Shown piece by piece: positions 44,914 through 57,673 of a stretch of 64,000 bases of DNA. The translations under genes were made by a program, and so were the position numbers. The notes below the pieces were generated by a model, which saw nothing but the letters and a program-made list of their open reading frames with translations, was not told the origin of the DNA and did not search any database. Numbering within the stretch: the stretch's first letter is position 1; each line of letters begins with the position of its first letter. The stretch comes from Naegleria gruberi (lineage: Eukaryota), in NCBI GenBank assembly GCA_000004985.1, contig GG738871.1; one strand, 5' to 3'.

Positions 44914-47900
44914 ATGAAACTAGTGAGCTTTCCCTATCATTTGTTGATTGCTGCTTGTGTAGTGTTACTTCTTGGCAAAGTTAGTGCATGGAGATATTCT
45001 GTGAAAACTCTTGCTACAGGTCTAGGCAGTATTTCTCAAATTGTTGGCTCTCCAAAATATATTTATGTTACACTTGGCTCCAGTTCAAAGAAGATTTATG
45101 CCTACGATAGACAATTATTGGCCACTCAGTCTGTACAAACATTGCAACAAGTCCACGATATAACAGCATCATCAAACAATATTGGTTATATTGCTTATCA
45201 TGGCAATGATTCGAATGACGCTGAAGTGATATCAGTAGCTGGCAATAATTTTCCAAACAATGTGGGTTTGTACTGGTTTACATGCTCATCAACCTGTTCC
45301 ACTCCAACACCCTTCTCTTATAATATAAGGGTCTCAGGAATTAGATCCCTAGGAATTGAGAACTCAACTCCCAAACTTTACATAACAAGACAAACAGCAA
45401 TTTACACTGGCACTCCTTCAGCAAATGCTATTGTATCAACAACTGGAACAATCAATTTTAAAGCTTTCAATGATGTTGATTATATTGGCAATACAGTAAG
45501 TTTTAATTATTTTGCAAATAGGTAACATTGGTTTAGGTTTATTTTACTGACTCAGGTGGAAACCTAAAAATTGCAACAAGTTCAACACCATTAATCAGTG
45601 TAGGCACATTTAGTGATGGTGCCAGTGGTACTGCTCGTTTATCTTCAGGCACAACATTCATCTCTGCACAGTTCAATAAGGTATGTAGTTATGAACAATA
45701 TGTTGTTGGAATAATTTTAAAAGATTTTTATCTCAGACACTGGAAACAGTAGAATTAGACTTTATGATATTGCTACAGGAATTACAACTACAATAGCTGG
45801 TGATCCTTCTAAATCAACAGCTGGAACAACAACTTTCAGTTTATCCGACGTACCAACTAATTACAAATTCACACCAACAGGTATTTGGATTGATAACTCT
45901 AATGGTATCATTTATTTTGCAGACACCAGTACCTTGAGAGCTTTAGTTCCAACTTGTAACAGTACTACAGAAGATCAATCTTCAACTTACCCTTTCTGTA
46001 CTTGTAAAACTGGATATTCATTGGTAAATGGAGATTGTGTTGCATCCACTAGTTGTTCTCCAGGATTGTGTAATGACAATCAAACATGTACTGGCCCAGA
46101 AACTTGTTCTTGTAAGAGTGGATATTATGGAACAAATTGTGATAATTATGACTGTTATGGAACTCAGAAGGATAATCTTTCTGTATGTAATGGAAAAGGT
46201 GTTTGCGTTTCTCCAAACACGTGTATTTGCACCAATGCAAACTATGATGGCTTTAATTGTAATATTACAACTTGTAATTCTATTCCATCAACGAGTGGTA
46301 GTGTTTGTTCTGGACATGGAAGTTGTACTGATTATAATACTTGTGCTTGTAGTGATACCAATTCATGGACAGGATCTGATTGTGGAACACCTGTATGTGC
46401 AGCTGTGAGTGGAGGTGTTTGTTCTGGAAGAGGTAGTTGTACAGCTCCAAATATTTGTACTTGTAATGAACCATCAAAATATGGTGGATCTTCATGTGAA
46501 ATTCCAAAATGTAATGGAACACTTCAAGGCAATTCTGGTGTTTGCAATGGAAGAGGTTCTTGTATTGATGTTGATACTTGTCAATGCACTGTTCCAACCT
46601 CTTGGGGTGGTTCATTCTGTGAAAAACCATACTGCTCTGGAATTTTACAAGGTGCAGCTGGTGTTTGTTCAAATAGAGGTGTTTGTTCATCTCCTGATTC
46701 TTGTGTTTGTAATGAACAAACAAAGTATGGTGGTTCAAATTGTCAACTTGTTAAATGTGGAGGTTATTTAGAAACAGACTCTGCTGTTTGTAACAAGAAT
46801 GGTTCATGTATTGCTGTTGATACTTGTTCCTGTAATTCAAATTATGATGGCCAATTTTGTCAATATCCAAAATGTAATGGCATTGCTTCAAATAGTGGTA
46901 GTGTTTGTAATTCACAAGGATCATGTGTTGCACCAAATGTCTGCTCTTGTTTCACAAATTATGCTGGACCATTATGCGAATATCCAAAATGTAATGGCGT
47001 AGCTTCCAATGATGCAAGTGTTTGTAGCTCGAATGGTACCTGTACTGGTGTTAATACTTGTGTTTGTAATGTTAACTATACAGGATCATATTGTCAATAT
47101 CCAAAATGTAATGGAATATCTTCAAACGATGCAAGTGTCTGTAATAACAAAGGTGGTAATTGTATTGCACCAAATGTTTGTTCATGTAATTCAAGTTATA
47201 CTGGTCAATTCTGTCAATTCCCAAAGTGTAATGGTATTGGATCCAATGATGCAAGTGTTTGTAGTGCAAATGGTACTTGTATTGGAATTAATATTTGTTC
47301 ATGCAATTCAAATTATGCTGGTCCATATTGTCAGTATCCAAAATGTAATGGCATTGCTTCAAATAGTGGTAGTGTTTGTAATTCACAAGGATCATGTGTT
47401 GCACCAAATGTTTGCGCCTGTAATTCAAATTATGGTGGTACATATTGTGATAAACCAAGATGTGGAACCTTTTACAAGGGAGATGCTTCTGTTTGTAATT
47501 CGAGAGGTAGTTGTGATGCTGTTGATAGTTGTACTTGTAGTGATACTTCTTCTTGGGGTGGCAATTTGTGTCAATATCCAAAATGTAATGGTGTTCTTTC
47601 AAATATTGGAACTGTTTGTAGCAGTAGAGGTACTTGTCAATCTCCAAACAATTGTTCATGCACTGATCCAAATTCATATGGTGGTTCATATTGTGAAAAA
47701 GCAAAATGTTATGGAATTCTTCAAGGAGATTCAAATGTTTGTAGTGGACATGGTACTTGTAGTGGTGTGAATCAATGTTCATGTAGTGCTGGATATGGAG
47801 GTGAACAATGTCAATATCCAAAATGTTTCAATATTTTGAGTAATGAAACAACAGTTTGTAACAATAGAAACGGTACTTGTACTGCTCCTGACACTTGTTC

Positions 47901-49716
47901 ATGTAAAAATGGATGGACTGGAAGCAAGTGTGATGTTGCCATTTGTTATTCAATTCTCTCCAATTCAACAAGTGTTTGTTCAAACAAGAGAGGTAATTGT
48001 GTCACACCAGATAATTGTGTTTGTAAAAGTCAATATTCAGGTTCTCAATGTGAATATACCACTTGTTCTGGAATAAGATCAGATCAAACATCGACAGTAT
48101 GTTATGGAAATGGTCAATGTATTGATTATAATACTTGTAATTGTACAACTGGTTATGGACCATCCAATGTATGTCAATATCCAATTTGTGGTGGTTATTT
48201 AGCAAATGATGCCAGAGTTTGTAACAATTCAAGAGGTGTTTGTTCCAAACCAAATACATGTAGACCATTAGATCCCGTATGTTATGGTAAAGCTCAGAAT
48301 AATTCAATGGTTTGCAGTGGAAATGGAGCATGCGTTGATTGGGATTATTGTGAATGTAAAACTGGTTTCAATGGAAATGAATGTCAAAATTGGGAATGTT
48401 ATGGAAAGAATTATACCAACTCAAATGTCTGTAACAATGGAAATGGTACCTGTTCATCTGTGAATAATTGTGTTTGTAACAGTGGATGGTATGGAAACGA
48501 ATGTACAGTTCCAATGTGTAATGGAATTCTTGGCAATTCATCTCTCGTTTGTAACAATAGAAATGGTACCTGCTCCAAACCAGGTGCATGTCAATGTAAT
48601 ACTGGATACACAGGACCTGATTGCTCCATTCCAATTTGTTATGGAAAATTAGGCACTGATACAAGTAATGTTTGTTCAGGAAGAGCAGAATGTATTGGTT
48701 ATAACAAGTGTAATTGTGACACTTCCAAGTATAGTGGTTCACAATGTGAATATTTCAAATGTTTTGGTATTCCATCAAATGATGCTTCAGTTTGCAGCAG
48801 AAACGGAACATGCTCTGGAGTGAATCAATGTTCTTGTAATTATGGTTATGGTTCTTCAAATTGTGACACTTTCACATGTTCAAATGTTCTTGCCACCAAT
48901 TCAAGTGTTTGCAGTGGAAAGGGTGTATGTTATGGAATTGACAAGTGTTCATGTGATTCAGGATATTTCAGTACCAATTGCGAGCTATTTTCTTGTTATG
49001 GAATTCCAAAGTCCAACAATACTGTATGTGGAGGAGTTGGTGAATGTTCACAACTTGATACATGTGTTTGTGGAAGCAATTATAGAGGATCAATGTGTGA
49101 ATTATCTTACACCTCTTCATCTCAAGCAACACTTCAATTCAATAATACGAATGAATATGTGAATGAACAATTCACAAGCATGGCCACTTTGACAATTAAT
49201 AATCCTCTCTTCGGTCAATATTATTTGAGAAGAAGTGTTCAAGTTGTTGTTTCATTCCAAATTAATTCACAATTCAGTTATTCTGAAACACTTTATATTG
49301 AAAATGGAGTTTCATCTGTTTCATTAATGGTGAAATCATTGAGTCAAACTGGTACATTGAAAGCATCTGCTCAATTAATTGATAATAGTACATTGATTTC
49401 CATTTCAGATAGTATTCAATCTTCAAATAGCATTACAATTCAAAATAGACCTATTGTTGTTCCATCCACAAAGACATCCACAACCAAACCAACAACCTCT
49501 GCACAAACAAGTAGAGCTGTTATCGATACAGGAAGTAATGGTGGAGCCATTGCAGCTGGTATCATTGTTCCAGTGGCAGTTATTGGAATTGGAGGTGGTG
49601 TCACTGCAGCCATTGTCACAGCAGTTGTTTTATTAAAGAAGAAGGCTGCTGCAGCTGCTGCCAAAGAAATTGCACATGCCCAACACGTCAATGTTGAACT
49701 AGCTGAAGGTTTCTAA
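44914..49716 (+). CDS. NHL-propeller/EGF-repeat type I membrane glycoprotein, paralog B (intact). Exons 44914..45495, 45546..45680 and 45724..49716.
   Basis: Signal peptide MKLVSFPYHLLIAACVVLLLGKVSA. NHL-like blades (VYFTDSGGNLKIA; IFISDTGNSRIRLYDIATGITTTIAG; GIWIDNSNGIIYFADTSTL). About 35 EGF/tenascin-like Cys modules, a Cys-free ~170-aa domain, Ser/Thr stalk, helix GGAIAAGIIVPVAVIGIGGGVTAAIVTAVVLL, and tail KKKAAAAAAKEIAHAQHVNVELAEGF. Introns GTAAGT...TTTAG and GTATGT...AAAAG. Confidence 0.8.
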
Positions 49717-49863
49717 TTGTTCATTATGATAGTTTGTCAATAATAAACTTTAAATTTTGATGTTTAGTGAAATGATGCTCAATTATTTAAATGGTTCGTA
49801 ATTGTCTCTCCTAACAAAATAGAAACTACAACCAAATCACAGGGCATCACAACACAAAATAAA

Positions 49864-52411
49864 ATGCAAGATGATAACATTGAGGGCTTTACTCTAGATT
49901 CGTCCCTCATCGACGATTCTCCTCTCATTGAAGAATACCTTTCAAACTTTAGTTCAACAACCATCGTTTCAGAAGAAGATCACTCTCCACCTACATTATC
50001 TTATTATTCCTCCTTCCAGAAACAAACACCTTCACCTGCTCTGATAACAGCAACCAATATTCCAACAACCAATACTACAATAAGCTCTTCAACCGATCCA
50101 ACTTCTCCAAAGAGGATTCCCTCACTCCGAGAAAAACTTCAAGTACTCGTCGATAAGGCTCATGAAAAGAAAAAGTCGAGCAACAATCTTCTCGAAGAAG
50201 AAGATGGTGCCATCCCCTCCTCTCCTCCATCACAGATGATTTCAACAGTTCCTTCTAAAGTTGAGCCATTAATTGTTGCCTCGAATTTATCAATTGAAAA
50301 AACAACCGACACTATCATTGAGGCTAATAATATTGAGAGGGAAAATGATTTGATGGCTGAACAAGTTGAAGACCCAACAACTGCAAACACTAAGCAAGAT
50401 AATACTCAAAAGCCTCTGTATAATAGAAAAAGCAACAAACAAGACTATGAGCTGCAACAAGCCATTCAGAAGGAACTAGCCACATCAGCAGCAAAAATGG
50501 CGGCAAACCTCCCTCCAAAATCAAAGCCTGAATTAAATAGAGCAAAAGAATTGAAAAAAATGGATGAACAATATCACTTTGAAGGATACAAAAATATTGA
50601 GGAATCACAACACTATCATAATGATGATGATGAGGAGGAACAAGAAGATTTAAATGATAGCATCCATAGGGATGAAGATGAGGAGTTTCATAATCAATTA
50701 AATGCTGATATTTCCCTTATTGAGGAAGATAAGAAGGACGATACACAATATAATTCATTTACTGTAGAAGAGGAAAAGCTTGAATTGAGCGATGAAGAAG
50801 GGGATTTAACAGGAAGAGCAATGGAAGACTTGACAGTCTCGAAATTAGAAGCCTCCACAACTTCGGTCGATCAATCTCTCACCTTATCCTCCTTAACAAC
50901 ACCAGTAAGAACATCTTCTCCACTAAACCAAAGAGCCCGACCAAATTCTTCAATGAGAAGCAGTACTCCTAGTTATATGAACTCCACAAGAGCTTCAATC
51001 TCTAAGGAGATTTCGAGAGCATCAGTAGATTTGAGATGTAAGTAGTGTTGACCATTCATTAACAATGTTCTTCTTTCTAAATAGCCTCGGCATCAGACAT
51101 GAGGATGAGATTCGGAATGATTAACTATCAACAAAGACCACCACCAGCCAACAGATCACCTTCTCCAAATATTGTGCAAAAGAGAAGAGTTACACCAAGA
51201 AAAGAAAGAATTTATAATATAGTACCAGCATTACATTTTGAAGACATTTCGGTAACAACAGGTTTGGGAGTAAGTACATGAATTCTTTGAAAATGATAAT
51301 TATCATTTAGACAATATCTGTTCCGAACTATAGACTCACCTCTCTTAAAGGCTTGGGAGTTAAAAGAGATTTGAAAATCTTGTACCTTCAAAACAATTAC
51401 CTTGCCTCATTCAATCACCTCGAAACTCAACCTAATTTAGAAGTACTTTATGTGGCAAACAATTGTATTAGCTCTTTCTTTGGATTCAAAACTCAACCAA
51501 AATTGACCTTAATCAGTCTCGAAGGAAATCCTATTACCAAACACCCTCATTACAGACTGATGACTTTAATTGTTTGTGGAAGCCAATTAAAAAAGATCGA
51601 TGGTGAAATGGTTCAATACAAAGAAAGAGAATTCGTGAAACACTATCTTTCAGCTAATGAAAGGGCTGTAGAAGCCATACGTTCTGGATGGCTAATGGAT
51701 CCAAAACCAAGAACAAACGAAGAATTCCAAGATATAATCCGAGGTCTCTTACTTCAAAACTTTGATGACAGAGAAAGCATCAGAAACACTCAATCATTTA
51801 AAGATTTAGTAAGTGGAGCACTAGCAAAAACTACACCAGCTGTAGATTTGAACGATTTTGAAGAGAAGAAAAAGATTCAACACAAAGAAGAAATCCAATC
51901 ACCAGATTTATCCCATGGAAGTAGTGGAGGATTCAATTCAGCTTTCCTAACAAATTATATCAACGAAATTAAGCAACTTAAAGGACAACTGGAGAAGAAG
52001 GCAGAGGAATTGAAAGAAGAGAAACAAAAATATAAGGACTTGAAAGAGAGCAGCATAGGAATTGATGAATTGAATCTCCTAGACAAAACAATCATATCAA
52101 ATATCGCAGTCTCTCTCAATTCGACAGAAGAAATTGTGGAAAATGTGACCATTGCTTTCACCTTGGATACAATGGAAATTTCAACAACTGAGGAAATTTT
52201 GAGAGATATTGAGTACGAGGCAGTTACACGAACAAGCTTATTGGTTGATGAACAAAAGCTTTTCAGAGTACACATCAGAATGAACACCAGTGAATTGTTG
52301 GATATCATAACATCAGATAAGAAACAATCACTCTCGATATACAAGATACTTCACATGAAAGTTGCTCATGCCAATAAGCAAAAGAAGCTGAGACAACAGG
52401 CAAACAAATAA
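49864..52411 (+). CDS. Leucine-rich-repeat (SDS22-like LRR plus LRRcap) protein with long acidic/Ser-rich N-terminal region. Exons 49864..51037, 51085..51269 and 51311..52411.
   Basis: LKILYLQNNYLASFNHLETQPNLEVLYVANNCISSFFGFKTQPKLTLISLEGNPITKHPHYRLMTLIVCGSQLKKIDG. Two short introns (47 and 41 nt, GTAAGT donors) join three ORFs lying in different frames. Confidence 0.55.
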
Positions 52412-52420
52412 ATATTCAAG

Positions 52421-54299
52421 CTACTGCTGTTTATCTGTAATGACAATATTCTCAGAAACTCTCAAAATCGATTTGGCTATTTCAATAGCATTCTCTAAAA
52501 TGGCCATTTTGGTGAAAACAGAATCAAATATTCCAAGTTTTAGCATATCATCTTCGTCAGGATTGTTGTTAGAAATTAAATCCTCGAAATCTTCCAAACT
52601 AATGACTTGTCTTGCTGGAATACCAATATGAGGAGATTTTGTGTTCCTTTGCTTTTTGGTGATAAGCTGTAGAGTTTTTTCAATTGGTAAATTTGAATTC
52701 AAGCACAAAGTTTCTGGAACTATCCTCAAAGCCTTTATAAAGGCATCCACTCCAGAGTGGTTCAAACTAACATTGAGAAACTCTTTAGAATAGAGTTCTT
52801 CGAGTTTCCACATTGTGTAAATTTCAAACGATCCTCCACCAGTTAGAAAGATTGGATCATCCTTCAAATCCTTTGCTCTCAACTCCTCAAATGTTACCAT
52901 TGCTGTGAATAGGGCATCTTGGGCATGTCTGACAAACTCCTCACACTGCTCACTCGTACTTGCCCTTATAATAGCTGTGCAGGTTGTTTGCATGTTGGTA
53001 AAGAATTCCTCACTTGCCTTTATCATTGTACATTTGGAATAAGAAGAGTTCACACCACCACTAATATGAAAAGTATTCACACTCTCAATCATACCCAGAT
53101 AAAGTTTCTCGTCCAATTTAAAATATTCAAAATCACTCTGCAATTCCTCAATAGATTGTAAATACCGAATGTTAAATGTTTTACAAGCAAAATCACAAAC
53201 TTCATGTCCTGAATTTGCCAAGCATAAAATTCCAAAATTTTGCAAGTAATGCGAAACTAAATCGTGCACATGGCCCGAGCATAGAACTATATTAGCACCA
53301 AAATTTTTAATGCATTCTGCCATACTTTTGAATACCATTTCTTCATCAATCTGTGGTGCTCAATAATTCCATATTGTCCAATTAACATACCTTCCAATTT
53401 TCCAATGCCTCAATTGTATCCAAAATAGCATAATGCTTTGTTTTAGTCCTTTGCCTTTGCAGTGAATTTTTAATAACCAGTAATTTGTAAGGTGTATCTT
53501 TTTTCAATTCCTCTATATTTGTAGTCGAAACTTGTGAAAGAATCAAAGTTTTGGGCAGATATTCCACTTTTCCAAATAATCCAGGAATTTGTATTAATTT
53601 AATATCATCCATATTGAAAAGATAATTATCTTTCATGACACTATCAAAATTTCAAAAACATCCACAATCAAAAAACACTAACCTCTTGATAGATCCTGTC
53701 AATAAATCTGACAAGTAATGTCCATTAATATGTACCGATGTTTTTGAAGATAAAGCACAATTCACAACACTCTTCACCAACATTTCCTGTTCATTTTCCA
53801 ATTTTACTAAGGCTTCCTTCATTATCACAGATTTAATAATTTCCAAACATGTATCGTATCCATCCAATATATTTCCAATCGGAAAGCCTTCCTTAACATG
53901 TTTCATATATCCATTCTCACTATGAACATTAATATTCTAATTATATTCTTCTCCTTACATTAATGAACATGCAATCAAGGCTGTTGAAGTTGTTCCATCT
54001 CCAATCAAGCGATCCAAAGATAGTACCGATTCAACAAGTAATTTAGCAGCAGGCTGTTGAACACTCAATTGTTTTAATATAAAAGCTCCATCCTGACTCA
54101 CAACCACTCTAAAAAATCATCATCATCGGAATCATCAATAATTATTCGGAATTTAAATTTTACCTTTTTTGTGGAGTGACTATCAACTTGGATCTTGCGT
54201 TAGGTCCTAGTGATGATGTAAGAATGTCCTTCAGGGCTACAATGGCCATCACATTTTCATGGAGAGATGAAATTTCTCTTCCCAGTTGTCGATTCATTT
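52421..54299 (-). CDS. Divergent TCP-1/Cpn60-family (group II chaperonin-like) protein. Five exons: 54164..54299, 53959..54108, 53683..53919, 53391..53640, 52421..53350.
   Basis: N-terminus reads MNRQLGREISSLHENVMAIVALKDILTSSLGPNARSKLIVTPQKR/VVVSQDGAFILKQLSVQQPAAKLLVESVLSLDRLIGDGTTSTALIAC (GDGTT ATP motif). The apical TGGGSFEI and C-terminal MLKLGIFDSVFTKMAILENAIEIAKSILRV signatures are present. Canonical CCT motifs are degenerate (GPNARSK for GPKGMDK; SQDGAFIL for TNDGATIL). Introns of 55, 39, 42 and 40 nt. Confidence 0.6.
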
Positions 54300-54404
54300 T
54301 TTTTTTAAATGTTTTTTACAAAAAGTTGTTTATTATTATGATTAAGTTTAGAATTGAAAATTTAAATATATTTGAATGGAATGCAGAAGAAATATGTGGA
54401 TAAA

Positions 54405-55544
54405 TTAATATTCATCATCTTCGTTTTGAGTTGATTTGTGAATATTTAAATTTCCATTTCTGCTGAATGTGAAATTTTGTTGTTCTCCTCTTATGGTAGG
54501 TTTGGAATGTGTTTCCAACAAAATGTCATCTGATTTAATTTCATTTTTTGATTCTTCCTGTTCTTTTTGTAATTTTTCTAAGAATTCCAAATGTTTTCTT
54601 TGTCTTGGATTAAGTGGGAGGGGTCTTGAGATTCGTTCAACTTTTCTTTCCTCATTCGAAAGGTCATTTCTTCTACTTTTCTTTGAAACGAGCCCTTCAC
54701 CATCACTCTCTGAAAAGTGTTCATTCGAAACAACTTCTTCTTCGTTTCTTTCCTCTGTTTCGTCCTCTTTCTCTTTCGATTCGTCTTCATCACTGGAAAA
54801 GAATGGAGCTCCTTCCAATGCCTTCTTCTTTTCCTTCAATTTCTTCAATCGTTTGCTTCTCTCCTTCTCCACCTTCTTCTCATACAATTTCATAAAATGT
54901 TTATCTTTCAACATTTCCTCTTCCAGAACTGAAATTTCAGTTTTGGAAATTTTAATCTTGTAACAATCAATGAAAAGTCCAACAATGGTCGATACGAAAA
55001 ATAAAACCATCGAAACAATCAGTACAATACTAGTAATGTCCTTCTTGAATACCAAATCAGTATAATTCTCAAAGAAAGAGCTCGATCTCTCAAATCTCCA
55101 CTGATTTCCCAGACAAATCATTCCATTCGAAAAGTTTCTGCTCCCCTCTTCGCATTGATAACAGTGGTGATGAATGCACTCCAGGTCTCCTTCCAGCCAC
55201 AGGGAATTACCCAAATCACTGGTTGTTTCCATTGTTTCCTCATTGGAATTATCGGCACAGACCCATTTAGAGAGGAGAATATTTCTGGAACAGTTGGCAG
55301 CCCATTTTGGATGCTCTGTGATGAGAACACATTGTTTCAAACTCTCGGAGCAATACTCACCCACAGAGCAATCGGGATGAATTGGAAAATTTGGATATTG
55401 ATGTGGAGGAATCGAACGACATGAAGAAGAGCTTGCTAATGTTGGTGTGAATGAATTTACAATTGTGATGAAGAAGAAAATAATGATGTATAAGAGGGGT
55501 GATGATTGGTTGGTTTTCCGTACGGAATTATCTGTTGAAAACAT
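54405..55544 (-). CDS. Type I membrane protein with Cys-rich ectodomain and highly charged Lys/Glu-rich cytoplasmic tail.
   Basis: Probable start MFSTDNSVRKTNQSSPLLYIIIFFFITIVNSFTPTLA (signal). About 14 Cys ectodomain, TM ITSIVLIVSMVLFFVSTIVGLFI, then KEKKKALEG...DEDESKEKEDETEERNEEE tail. The upstream part of ORF 54405..55649 overlaps the neighbouring gene's 3-prime end, so the start was set at 55544. Confidence 0.45.
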   Translation of the reverse strand: MFSTDNSVRKTNQSSPLLYIIIFFFITIVNSFTPTLASSSSCRSIPPHQYPNFPIHPDCSVGEYCSESLKQCVLITEHPKWAANCSRNILLSKWVCADNSNEETMETTSDLGNSLWLEGDLECIHHHCYQCEEGSRNFSNGMICLGNQWRFERSSSFFENYTDLVFKKDITSIVLIVSMVLFFVSTIVGLFIDCYKIKISKTEISVLEEEMLKDKHFMKLYEKKVEKERSKRLKKLKEKKKALEGAPFFSSDEDESKEKEDETEERNEEEVVSNEHFSESDGEGLVSKKSRRNDLSNEERKVERISRPLPLNPRQRKHLEFLEKLQKEQEESKNEIKSDDILLETHSKPTIRGEQQNFTFSRNGNLNIHKSTQNEDDEY

Positions 55545-55635
55545 GGTTGATACTATGGAATGATTAAGGTACAATTTTTTTTTAAGGAAATTTCCTATTT
55601 TGTAAATTTTTAGTTTACAAATAAATGAATGTATT

Positions 55636-57103
55636 TTATAGAAAATCATTTTCCTCTAAGGCACAAGGTGCTGCGTCTTCGGCAATGTGAATATGAGACT
55701 TTCCTCCAGGTCCATTCAGTTGCATCTTATTTCCACAAATTGTTGATGTCTTGGTTGATTCCAAAACAATGGCATTTCTGGTGTGTCCACTAAAGACACT
55801 TCTCTCAATTCTCATAGAGGCCTCACCTTTGCAGAGAATGGCATTTCCATCATTCTTTTGAAAGAGACTTTTGGTTACTTCACACAGAGTGTCATCTTCG
55901 AGTCGCATTCCATGAAGTTTGTTAAATTCCACGTGGCACTCGGTCATGATTAATTTGGGAGGATCACAAATTGGTTTCTTACTACCAGTCGATGGCAGTG
56001 GCGGTGGAGGTGGTTGAGTGTTTGATTCAATTGATGCTGTCGAAGGAGTTGTAGAAACTGCTGCATCAGTTGTGTTTTTCACAGGTGGAATGTATAATCT
56101 ATTCTTTACAGTAACACCAACTCCATAACTTGCTCTCAAATGGACATGTTGCAGAGTGCATGATCCTGAAACAATTTCCAAACACGACGCCGATTCATAA
56201 AATAAAATACTATCCCTAGCAGCATTCTGTGTGAGTGTGACATGTTCAAATTTGACACTTCCCCCACCATCCAATAAACGTTGTTTTTCCAATTGTTGAA
56301 TTGTTAAATTCTCATTAAAAGAGTCCACTCTCAAAATTGATTTTGAGCTATCCGAAGAGGCAATATGTACAAGTGATGAATCTGGATAAACTCCACGAAT
56401 GGTGAGTGGTTTCTTAATGACAACTGTTTCAGGAACTTTGTAAATTCCACTTCTCAAAACAACATGGTCTCCCTCCTTTGCAAAATCAACAGCTCTCTGT
56501 ATATCATGAAAAGTACAATCTTCACTAAAATCTGGATCAACTACATGAAGTCTGTAATCTGAATTCCTAACAGATGAATCATTAATTTCCTTTATCCAAT
56601 TGCTTTGGTCATTTTCATCCTCACAAGCAAGATAATAAGTACGATGAGGTGAAATGATTTTAATACCAAATTTCTTTTTGTAATTCAATTCGGCTGCTTG
56701 ACAAGTTAATCCCTGAACATTAATCATTCCTTTGGGTTTGGTATCTTTCTGTGATACATAGTAATATAATTTTCCTCTATTTTTTAAATTATTAATAAGT
56801 ATTGTAGGTTAAAGATGAGAATATAGTATTCGAAACACATACTGATGCAAAATACATAATCTCTCGTGCCATGTTTTAATGGAACCTCCTCGTTTGGTCT
56901 ATTCATTTCAAATATATTATGAAAATGTATAACGGTTATTATTATTGAAATTGTTCCGAATACAAATTGTTTCGAATAAAACCTACCAGTGTTCCTACAA
57001 AGTCGTGGTCTCTCATCAATTCAGAAGCAGATACTTTGGGTGGTTCCTCCACTATCTCCTTCCACTTCTTACCAGCCTTCTTTACTTTATCTTGTGATGA
57101 CAT
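55636..57103 (-). CDS. PH-domain protein with C-terminal right-handed beta-helix (PbH1/CASH-like) domain. Exons 56987..57103, 56843..56898 and 55636..56776.
   Basis: MSSQDKVKKAGKKWKEIVEEPPKVSASELMRDHDFVGTL/TKRGGSIKTWHERLCILHQ/GKLYYVSQKDTKPKGMINVQGLTCQAAELNYKKKFGIKIISPHRTYYLACEDENDQSNWIKEIN is a complete PH domain split by two introns (88 and 66 nt). Then repetitive beta-helix rungs and a Pro-rich linker PPPPPLP. Confidence 0.65.
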
Positions 57104-57673
57104 TTTTTTATTGTTATAACTTTGATGGATGACATTTGCAAAAAGATTGCTAAACAAGTAAACAAGTTGATGAATTAGGTTGTATTATGTTCTGTAGATT
57201 TTTAATTCGTTTACTCTGAACTCAAATTTAACTGTAAAAATTCAATCAAACTTTTGTTTTTAAAAAGACTTTGTTGTGGAGACAATTTTTTTACTTTGGT
57301 GCGCTCAAAGTGTTCGTTACATTTATATAAAATATTCAAAAAAAATTCATCAAAACAAATGGGAGTATTATATGTAAAATTAATTAAACCTGCTTTTTAA
57401 TCCCCAGGATTGTAATAGCATATGAAGATGAATACTGGTACCAGGACGATGGGTAACTTAAATGCCATCTAAGTTGAAAGTATCCACGGAACTCTTTTCA
57501 TATCCATGACCACACAAGAAATCTCGATGAAAGATCTCTTCACATTTTCCGAACAAATTATTCACCCTCTAGAATCAATAATTTTCTGTTTAGCATTATG
57601 TAATTTTACAAAGAATTAAATACAAATAAGTGAAAGGAAGGAATGGAAGAAACTTGGATCCCCTCAAAAATAT

